The notes beneath the pieces were generated by a model that searched no databases, was not told the DNA's origin, and worked only from the letters and a program-made list of their open reading frames with translations. This document shows positions 53,594 through 64,000 of a stretch of DNA of 64,000 nucleotides, in pieces (position 1 is the first letter of the stretch; every line of letters begins with the position of its first letter). Where the stretch lies: contig OZ234493.1 of NCBI GenBank assembly GCA_965153455.1, positions 8,608,213 to 8,672,212 on the forward strand. The letters are read 5' to 3'. Both the position numbers and the translations under genes were made by a program. The stretch comes from Sphagnum compactum (lineage: Eukaryota).

Positions 53594-55559
53594 CAATGAT
53601 CCCAGAGTGAATGCTGCAAGGTGATGATGATCAATGCAAAACTCACACACAGATACATGTCAAAAGTGCTGCAAGGTGAAGGTTGTGAAACGCACACAGA
53701 GGTACAAGTCTACTTCTTGTAGAACAGAACCTAGCTAGTGTCTTCCATCTTTCTCTGAAGAAAATTTAGTTTTATGAATTGAAGCGATTCTGGTCGATCT
53801 TTGCCCATTGAATCAATGTTGCCTTCGCTTTGAGAAGGACGGTTGTAACAACACCATTCTTTTACCCTGATATGAACAACAGACTTAGTGGATCACATTT
53901 TAGGGTTTCTATAATACGGAAGCGAGAGTCTGCTTAGTGAGTTGGAGCAATTTGTGTCCCTCCCAGCTCCCACCTCAGTGCATGACCAGGTTGACCTAGT
54001 CTGCAGTTATATATTGTGCACAGCAGAAGTAGGAACAGTGCCCACAGTAGGAAAGTGGGTGGACCTGGGAACTGCGGTTGGAGATGATAAGCTCTCAATC
54101 AAAACTGGCTTGGACCAGACTCTTCTCAATCATTTCCTGCCTTTGCAAGCACATGAACCTCATTCACCCTTCCAGTGGAATTCTTTTCAAAATGATTTTG
54201 TGGGGGGCAGGTAAGATGAAAGTGTAGGGTAACAGCCTCAGAGCAGGGTGTTCCCAAAGTAAGCACCCCTCAAGGTGGACCTGAGGTAAAGTAAGGTGTT
54301 TATTTTCACTTTCCCCCATGATACTTGGCGAATAGTGAAAAAAAAGAGGCAGCAATTTCAGAGAACAAAACACCTAAAACACCCCCAGGGTCAGGCTTTT
54401 TGACTTTTGAAATGGCCCACCTTCTGCATAGGAAAAATTCCATTGAATATGGTGCTTTGCAAATACACTAGGAAATTTCTGCTGGTGCTTCATGTCTCCC
54501 CAAGTCCTGAACTTCTTGCTGTTCCTTGAATGGAAAGGCCCAAGGCCAGTCAGTGGTGGAGATAGTTGACATGTACATTATGGTTTTGTTGTTTTGAATG
54601 GGCTCTGAGGTCATCATGGACTTTGTTCAATATTGTAGGTGTAAGATTTCTGGAGTCTGTGGCTAGTTTTCATCTGTTGCTAATGTAATCTGGAGTAAGT
54701 AGCTAGTAGTATTGACCTGGAGCCCATGCAATCTATCAAGCTGAAACAATATTTACTTGCTTTCGAATTTTTAGCAATATTTTGCAGAGGAGAAGCTTTG
54801 CCTGTGAGGAAAAAGTGAGGCACATGCAGATGCACTTCACAATTCCTGTGATTCAATTTTTGGTAGTCATCTTTGAGTAGTCAGTGAGCAACAAGAGTAA
54901 ATGAAACCAATGCTGGTAGTGCCAAAAAAAAGGCTGATAATGTGGAAATTTTGTTTGTCATCCATACCTTATGTTTGGATTTTGTGTCTACAAATCCGGG
55001 TTTAAATTATGGTATGCAACTTGCCTACTCAGGCACCAGTGCACTGCCTCACTGTCATGCTATTATTATCGTGACAGATATGGCCATCAAACCACTGAGA
55101 ACAAATGATGAGCCAACTCTCATTTACATGCAAAAATGCATGCAAGCCTTTCAGCTAGGTAGAAAGCAAGTGAAATTAAGCACCCTTAATTTCCATACTC
55201 TTCTATGCCTGACATTTCCTGGGGAGGATTGCAAACTTCTACCAAGCTGAAACTACATACTCCACTTTTTTCAAATCGTGAGATTAAAATTGACTATTGT
55301 CATATGTGATTCATTTGTTTACATATGTTTGACAAACCTAGAAAAACCCTAATCTCATCTAACCCTAAACCTAGAAAATCCCTTATCTTACCTGGTATTG
55401 GGTGAATACAAAGTTTGGAGGCCTTGTCTAGAAGTATGTTGGGGCCTATACTTCCAACAAAGCAAGTCAATGGAGCAGGTCATCAGATGGGATCAAATTA
55501 AAAAGGAGATCTATGGTTGTTCGTTCTTATTATAGCCTATAGGGGCCAATAGTTACAAG

Positions 55560-56570
55560 GCTACCTCCATTTCAAGCTTACATGAAATTGGTGTGTGACC
55601 TTTTTTTTCCTTTGGTAGTGGAGGCTTACATTTCTCCTTTTGAACAATTTTTAAAGAGAGGAATTGATTGTCTTCAAGAAAACATTCCAAAAAGTTTACA
55701 TGAACATTTTTTTTTCAACATCACTTTTAACATGTCTTCTAATCCTCATCATGTTTGCTTAATATCATATGCAAGCTTGAATTTGGGTGTTGAGTTCTCT
55801 ATTCATTTAGTCATGTTCTCATTTCATATGGCTTTAAACATTCATTTTTCAATAATGTGCATTAAGTTGGGCTTTTTCCAGCCAACATCTTGTGACATGG
55901 CTTATTACATTTGTGATCAAACTATAAACTCAATGGGGAACCTTTTTGTTCAAGGTTCTTATGGGGGAAATGCATTATAACCCATGATGATTGTTTGGAA
56001 TTTTTTGTTTTTATTGTTATAGATGTTAAGTTTCATATTTTGCATGAGCAAACACGTCTTCCCATCATCTTCTGAATCTTCATGTCATAGGTTAATATTG
56101 TGTTCACCACAAATGGGTTCGCATTCTATTTAAGTCAACATTGTCAATCCCTTTTGAGCAAGTTTAATTTTGCAAGTTACAATTTATTGGGGAATGGTTG
56201 CAACAATTACATTCCAAGCAAAGGACAAGCTATACCATGATCAACATCCTAAAACATGTTTATAAATTTTTTGCGGTAAAGGTATTTGGATAGTTGCACC
56301 AAGAAATCAATGATTTTTTTCATCAATGTGTTAACATGGTGTGGTCAGCCAAGGGCTTTTGAAGTGCTCCTTTATATTAGTTTTGCATTCATTTTATAAG
56401 TAAATGTTGTCACTGATTCTACAAAAACTTGAAGTTCAAATTGCTTCCATTTTGAGGTGAACCGTTTCTATTACAGAAACCTTTTTAAACTTGGTGTTCT
56501 TTTAGGATTTTCAACCATCGTTTTTGTCTAATCTACTTCATGCAACAAATGAAAGTTTTAAGACTTAAGT
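55560..56570 (+). mobile_element. Decayed non-LTR retrotransposon 3' region (CCHC + restriction-like endonuclease, CRE/R2-type)
   Basis: Fragmented translation 'IKLGFFQP...YICDQTINSMGN(H)LF..SYGG...THD', 'RLILCS/VNIV', 'ATITFQAKDKLYHDQHP', 'AVKVFG*LHQEINDF.HQC' and 'SLILQK' follows the order of RLE-type elements. Confidence 0.55.
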
Positions 56571-58419
56571 TTTACCCCATTTGACAAGTCCCTATTTTTC
56601 TTTTTGTGACCTCTATTCGAGTGTTCGTGTGTTTGTGCTTTTGGTTGTTATTTCTTGGTTTGATGTTGGTCCTCTCTTGTTGTTCCTCCATTTTGCCCTC
56701 CAAATGGGTGTTTCTTTCTTTTATTAAATTTGGTAAAGCTTCATAAAAAAAAGAACTTATTGTGGTTTTCTTTCATTTGAACTATTAAAAGTTGAAACAC
56801 ATGGTGTTTATGTTAAAAAATCATGCAAAATTCATTCATAAATTTGTACATTTCACGCATTGATAGTGTGCATTGAAAAACACATTTGGCACACAGATTT
56901 ATAAGAAGATGCAAAATTCATGTGACATTTGTTCATTCATAAGTTTATACTTTATTCGTCAACACATTTATCCATGTGTCAAATGTGTTTTCTATGCATG
57001 GTATTCGTGTGTAAAATGTATGAACTCATGAATGAATGAACTTCTCATGATTTTCATTATTAATTCATTGCATGCTAAATTTGTGGAATATCTGATGTTG
57101 GTGGTATTTTTATGGGACGGTGAATGCAGTTCGGCTTCAAGGGCTCAATTTTTGGCACTTTCATGTCAGGTAGTGCGGAGGCTTCATGATACATGTCACG
57201 TTCCCATCCCTCTTTTGCCATTACCATCCCATGATGATTGAATGTCATTTTTTCAATATGTTAAAACTTGTTTTGGATTGACATTAATAAACATATATTT
57301 TCTATCTTGCAAAAATTCACTACCTAAAAGCTTGTGGACATGCCCACCTATAACCTCTCAGAAACAATGCATAACATATGGCTTTAGCAATTGGGGAAAA
57401 GGGGAGTTTTAGTTATATGCTACACCTTCTAATGACTATGACGAACTTTCAAGCAATCAACATTATATTACCAGTTAAAAGAAGGTGGCCCATTAGGGCA
57501 AGGACTTAATAGGAGTGAGCCTCTACTATGTAAAACATCCCAATATGGCGATTGTAAACAAAATTTTGAATAATCTTTAGGCTTATATTTCACAACTATA
57601 ATTGCACACTTAGAAGGGGAGGAGACCTTTGGTTCTTACAAGCAGAACCAAATTTACCTCCACGATCATATGGGAATTCAAATTGGCATGATCGTGTCAA
57701 TTCCTTTTGCCTAATGTTGACACCTAAATTAAAAAAATTAAATGTGCATACAGAACGGCCTAATCAGTATGAACATGTGGATATCACCAATGAAGGTGTT
57801 GAAGTCCTAGAAGCTCCATGCGAAGATGGAATGTGGCATATAGAACGATATCCCCCTACCTCGCATGTCTAATGTTTAACATTGCAGAAAACCAACTAGC
57901 ATTATTGTACCACAAGGATAATTGCCAAGTCTAATTCCATTAGTTTTCCTGCCCTTATTTATTTTGGTCTGTCCTCATTATTCCAATTCATGGTTTTTTC
58001 GATTAGGTTTTCTAGTCAAAAAATACCAAAAAGTGACAGGTGTAAAAAAAAACCACTGTCAATCTGGACAAGTCGTTTTGTACATGTCCAGCGCGACTGG
58101 GCAATCAAATTGGACCTTATCATTTTGACTGGTGGAGTGATTGATTATTTGACTTACTATTTGACTAGTGGATAATGAACCATTTGACTATGTCAATTTT
58201 ATACTTAAATTAAAATCATTTTTGGAACTATTATTTTAAAAATTAATAAGTAGGTAGGTAAATGGGTAAGTAGGTAATAAATTGATTTAAGTAGGTCGAT
58301 AAAACACTTAGGCAGGTAGGTGTTAGCCTAGCTTAGCTTAACCTAGCTTAATTTCCAACTTAACTTAACTACCTTAGTTTAACCTATGTACCCTGACCTT
58401 CTCAACATGCACATAGGTT

Positions 58420-58490
58420 GTAAGTATAAAAAATTGAACCCCAAACCTTCCCAATGGTAAACCAAGTCCTTACCAATGGACTACATCATC
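58420..58490 (-). other. tRNA-derived A-box/B-box sequence, degenerate
   Basis: Reverse complement GATGATG TAGTCCATTGGTAAGGAC TTGGTTTACCATTGG GAAGGT TTGGGGTTCAATTTT gives A-box TAGTCCATTGG, D-stem GTCC/GGAC and B-box GGTTCAATT. Confidence 0.6.
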
Positions 58491-58546
58491 AAAGATGCTC
58501 AACTTTTATCAAGTTTTTTATTTCACATGTTCATTATCATTAAACA

Positions 58547-60075
58547 TAATGGCTGAACCCTAAGAGACAACTAGTGGCTAAATTTAGTGATTTAAAGTAA
58601 TGGTTAAACCTAGGTGACAACTAATGGCTAAATTTAATGATTTAAAGTAATGGCTTAACCCAATGATTTAAAGTAATAGTTAAACCTGATGGCTAAATTC
58701 AATGACTTAAAGTAATAGTTAAACCTAATGGCTAAACTCAGTGACTTAAATTATTGGTTAACCTAGTAGCTAAATTCAATGACTTAAAGTAATAACTAAA
58801 CCTAACGGTTAAACTCAGTGACTTAAATTATTGGTTAATCCTAATGGCGAAATTCAATGACTTAAAATAATAACCAAACCTAGTGGCTAAACACAATGAT
58901 TTAAAATAATGGTTGAACTTAGTGGCTAAACTCAGTGATTTAAAGTAATGGTTAAACCAAATGGCTAAACATAATGATTTAAAATAATGCTAAACCTAAT
59001 GGTTAAACTCAGTGACTTAAAGTAATGGCTAAACCTAATGGCTAAACCCAATGGTTTAAAGTAATGGCTAAACATGCTGGCTAAACTTAGTGACTTAAAA
59101 TAATGGTTAAACCTATTGGTTAAATTCAGTGTTTTAAAATAATGGTTAAACCTAGTGGTTGAATTCAACGACTTAAATTAGTGGTTACACTTAGTGATTA
59201 AATTCAGTGATTTAAAGAAATGGCTAAACCTATTGGCTAAACTCAGTGATTTAAAATAATGGTTAAACCTAGTGGCTAAATTCAATAATTCAAAGTAATG
59301 GTTAAACCTACAGGCTAAACCCAGTGACTTAAAGTAATGGTTAAACCTAGTGGTTTAAAGTAATGGCTAAACTTAATGGCTAAATTCGATATTTTAAACT
59401 ATTGGTTCAACATAATGGCTTAAAGTAATGGCTAAATTTAGTGGTTAAATTCAGTGATTTAAACTATTGGTTAAACTTAGTGGCTAAATTTAATGATTTA
59501 AACTAATGGTTAATCCTAATGATTAACTCAATGACTTAAAATAATGGTTAAACCCAATGGTTAAATTTAATGGCTTAAAGTAATGGCTAAACTTAGTGCT
59601 TAAATTTAGTGATTTAAAGTAATAACTAAATTTAGTGTCTAAAGTCAATGACTTGAAATAATGGCTAAATTTAGTGGTTAAACTTAGTAGCTTAAAGTAG
59701 TGGTTAAATTTAGTGATTTCAAATAATGGCTAAACTTAATGGCCAAATTTAATGACTTAAAATAATGGCTAAACCTATTGTATAAACTTAATGACTTAAT
59801 GTAATGGTTAAATCGAGCGGCTAAATTTAATGACTTAAAGTAATGACTAAACATAATGGTTGAATTTAGTGGCTAAATTTAGTGATTTTAGGTAATGGCT
59901 AAACCTAGTGGCTAAATTTAATGACTTAAAATAATGGTTAAATTTAATAGCTAAACTTAGTGACTTAAAGTAATGGCTAAGTTTAGTGGCTAAATTTTAG
60001 TGAATTAAAGTGATGGTTAAACCTTGATTAAACCAAGTGATTAAACCTAATGGCTAAATATAGTGAATGAACTTG
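58547..60075 (+). repeat. 39-bp tandem array built from three 13-bp subunits
   Basis: Consensus GGCTAAACTCAGT-GACTTAAAGTAAT-GGTTAAACCTAGT, about 39 units, with occasional loss of 13-bp subunits. Confidence 0.93.
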
Positions 60076-62269
60076 GTTGATAAACTTAATGGTCTTCTTT
60101 TTCTCAACCCCAACCAAGGACAATAGAATATTGTTCTTATGATCGAAACATTCCATCAATGTAAATGAAATAAGATTCCCATGTGGTTTGTATATTTTGT
60201 ATACTTGGCAAAAATAATTTGTCCATGTGGTAAGAATATTTTGTCTACATAACAAGAATATTTTAAGAAGATTTTATCATGCTCACAATAGTCAAGCTCA
60301 CTGCTCACGTTCACATGCTCATAACTCACGTTCATGCATTCACTTGGTAACTACATTGTTTAAGTAAGTAGGTTACATAGGTTACATAAGTCAAATTAGG
60401 TAGGTTAAGCTACTACCTACCTACCTACCTTTTTCGGCTTACTTAGACCTACCTACATATCTATTTATTTTTTATTTTTATAATAATCCGAAAAAACAAT
60501 TTTAATCTGGGTGTAAATTCGAGTAATCAAATGGTGAGTTGTTTACCAATCATATTATAGTAATTCATTATATGACACCTTAACATTACATATGACTTGT
60601 CCTTTATGACTATAAATATAATGACTATATACATTTTATGACTAATCATATCACATCGAATATTTAATGACTTTTTGTCCTTTGTTGTTTGTTAGTTACA
60701 ACGAAAGGCTTTTAGTCATATAATGTCCGGTATGACTCCAAAATTAATCATATATGGAGTCATAGACAATAAAAATTTCTTTTAATGTGCTTAACCAAAA
60801 TAATAATTTACATCTAAAGGCCAAATTGTAGCCTTGGAAATGTTGAAAAAAACAAGAAAAAACATGTGTTTGATAAATTAAGATTCATTTGGATTACAAT
60901 GTCAAATGAAAAGAAATTGTAATCACATTTACTTTATTATTCGTGATTCATGATCACATACATACATTATTGAAAAGGTAAGTGCAAATTTGCACCAAAA
61001 AAAAAATGTTCCATTGCCATGTCATGTGCAGTCACTACAAATGTAAAAAGAAGTAACATAATTGAATCTTCAAATGAACTATAAAGCGTAAAAAAAACAC
61101 ATGAATATTTAAATGCATTATGTAGTGTAAAAAATACAATGGGAATGTTTGTGGTCATTGAAGTTAGCCTCTTCAAGTTCATATTCATGGTCATCCAACA
61201 ATTCCTCTTCAACTTTGAAAAACTCCTCCATTCCTTCAACAACAAGAGAGTAGCCAATCCTTACATTGTTCAACTAGTTCTTCAAAATCATCATGAACGT
61301 GTCCAAGTTCTACATTTGGGTTATTAAGCTTGTATGGGTTCCCACATTCTTTTAATGGATGTGGGAAGCATTGTCTTCCTTTCATTTCCCTTTCTATTCA
61401 CCATCACCACCTTCTTTTGCCACCCTCCTTTGCTTTTTGTACCAAACCAAAACAACCTTTTGTTCATTCATAACTTGTTTTTTTCATAATAGTGATGCCA
61501 TGTGTAGGGTTGTAAGAAAGCAGACCTTTCTTAGATCACATAATGTTATTATTACTTGAAGATTGACTTGTGGGGTGACACATGACACACTTCATCACCT
61601 AAACAACTTGAATGTGGATTATTGCAGATGGAGAATTGAACAAGAAGAATGCCCAAGCAAGGGAGGTTTGATGATGTAAGAGCTAAGACTTTTAGTTCTT
61701 TTGCAATTTGGCAAAATAACACCCCAAGATGTTTATTGACCATAATGCCTTCGATCACCAATTTTGCAATTGGTTGTTTCATCCATGATGCCAATGGGTT
61801 GTTACACCAATTCACTAGTAATGCTAATAACTGTAAGCTTTTCAGCCTCCTCATGATTTGTTTCACAAGTAAATGAAAAATAAGATTGTGTAAATGTCAT
61901 TGTAGAAGTTATAAAACCAACTGAGAAAGATGATGAAACATGAAACCCTGAATCCTTCTAACATTCAACACTTTGTGTTGTCTTGTCTTTTTTCACCCTC
62001 ACACATTGCGACTATTGTTTGATTTGACTACATTTCAACTACATTTGGGCATCTTAAGTTTGCAAGTGGCTTGTTGCACTAATTAATGGTCAATATTATT
62101 CATAATTGTTACGTTCACCATGTTGTTCACTTATGAATATAATTTGGATTTTATTTAATTATTTAGTAATTTCAAATTGTTGATGTGGAAATTGAGGTAA
62201 CCTTTAACTTTATTTACACAATGCATTATAATGGGTAAGTGATTTTTTTGACATTTTTAAAATTTTCAA

Positions 62270-62900
62270 CATGGTACATGAGTTGAACTATTTATTTTTA
62301 ACATGTTGAAACCATTACTTAGTAGTTGCATTTTACACTTACCATAATTTATTACAACACATGCAACAATTTCAAACCCTACATTTGTATTGGAAGGAAT
62401 TAATGATTATCTTCACATCTTTTCAATTATTAAAGTTGAACCATTCATTTTTAATATATTAAAACCATTATTCAAAAATTATATTTTTCATTTATTATAA
62501 TATATTAAAACACATGTAATTCAATATATTGCAATTATATTTGAATGGTTTACTGAATTTTTTCACATTTATTGACCTATCAACATTTTTATATGAGTCG
62601 AATCATCCACTTTGAGCTTATTGAAGTCATTATTCAAATATTACATATTGCACTACTAATATTTATTGAAACACATATAACAACTTAATGTCTCACATTT
62701 ATATTTGAATGGGTTAGTGATTTTTTTTGTATCTCTTGAACTATTGAACTGGGCACATGAACTGAGTCATTCACTTTGAATAATGTTAAATCCACTATTC
62801 ATGAATTGCATTTTGTATTCATTAGAATTTTTTTAAATAGATGTTTAAAAATGTGCGAAGTCTCACATTTATATTTGAATGCGTTAATGATTATGTTAAA
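62270..62900 (+). repeat. Diverged tandem repeat, unit about 155-162 bp, about 4 copies
   Basis: Anchors GAGTTGAACTATTTATTTT (about 62280), AAGTTGAACCATTCATTTT (about 62434), GAGTCGAATCATCCACTTT (about 62595) and GAACTGAGTCATTCACTTT (about 62759), with recurring CACATTTATATTTGAATG. Confidence 0.7.
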
Positions 62901-64000
62901 ATGTTCTGCATGCAAAGTTTAAGATGCTTGTAAATTTTTAATTATATATTTTTCATATATTAAATTGTTGTAAATTTATGTAAATTAGAATGTATATTCT
63001 TCCCCTAGTTTGTTTTAGGCACCATGGACAAATTTATTATAATGAATGTTCATGATGTCACACCAAAAAAACCCCCTAAAATATTCCCTAAAATCCCCCC
63101 CTCCTTTTTTTCCTTGGTGTATGAAAAAAAATCCATGTTAAAAAAATGAATTAAAAAAGTTAAATATTATTATTATGAAAATTTATCAATATTTTATACT
63201 TATTATTTTTATTTTAAACATGGTTGATCAAAATTTCAAGCTTGTTTTATTACAAGTTTATGTTTAAATATTTGGAGATGAATTAAAAAATTTCATTTAA
63301 AAATTAAATAAAAATAAATAAATGGTAATAATAATAATGACATTGATGATGTTTTTATTTTTTTCAATTTTGTAAAGTTTTTCAAGATCATCCATAAGAA
63401 AATTTCACCATGTTTTGGTTATAAGCCATATATGGAACTACAAATTTGTTAAAATATTGTTGTATTTTAGCTACAAGTCCTAAATACTAATGTAAAATTA
63501 TATCATTAAAAAAATATAAATATATAAAAAGAATTTAAAAATGTTTTGTTGATGTTGATGGCCTTTTCTTATGTTTGCAAAATGGTGGAAATTCATAAAA
63601 AAATAAAAATCAATTACATCATTAATATTTATTTTGAAATCAAAAAAATGGAACTTAAACATTTTCAAGTAAATTTGATGTTGGATTTTTTTGTGTGTTT
63701 AATGTTTTAGTTATTAAAATTAATTTTAAACTTTTACTCATTAGGAATAACCTTTAAAAAAAAACTTTATGATCTCAAACTTTTTGTTCTTGTTTACATT
63801 TTTCTTAACTTGCACTATTTTTTTTTCATTTTTTCCCGAACAAGAATTGCCAAGTTAAGAAAATTTGAAACCAAAAAAATATGTTGGTTTTTGGGGTGGG
63901 GAGGTCCAACTATTTAAGCCAAAATTTCACCAAATTAATTTTTTTTTAAAAAAAAATTAAAAGGAAAAAATGTGAAATATATTCTTACATCATCAAAAAA

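Larger units (their letters stand above)
58036..60787. mobile_element. Non-autonomous TIR element carrying a tRNA-like module and a 39-bp array
   Basis: The left 480 bp are homologous (inverted) to 25700-26145. The right end TTTCTTTTAATG is CACTA-like and is preceded by (T)ATGACT subterminal repeats. Confidence 0.6.

Noticed and set aside
58420-58490. Functional tRNA gene
   Set aside because: Acceptor and anticodon stems do not pair properly; only the A/B boxes and D/T arms are tRNA-like. The same applies to the other two copies.

Overview
Eukaryotic, AT-rich land-plant DNA. The gene structure and repeat landscape suggest a bryophyte such as Sphagnum, but that is an inference. There are two intact protein genes. 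One is a 20-exon BTB/POZ + LRR gene (FBL11-like, minus strand, 3572-13724, about 968 aa, assembled by hand from GT-AG junctions with consistent phases). The other is a single-exon GT29 sialyltransferase-like/GALT29A gene (52301-53593, +). Between and after them are decayed, nested transposable elements. These are two hAT transposase relics (one with TIRs and an 8-bp TSD), an LTR retroelement with both LTRs, a 5-bp TSD, PBS and PPT but no visible pol, several non-autonomous CACTA elements, a PIF/Harbinger nuclease relic, a Tourist-like MITE, a chromodomain fragment and a CRE/RLE-type non-LTR fragment. The most unusual signal is a module seen three times inside DNA-transposon-like elements: a tandem array, then a short AT-rich spacer, then a tRNA-like A-box/B-box sequence, then a TAGG-rich tract. 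The array differs in each copy. No CRISPR, rRNA or intact tRNA was recognised.
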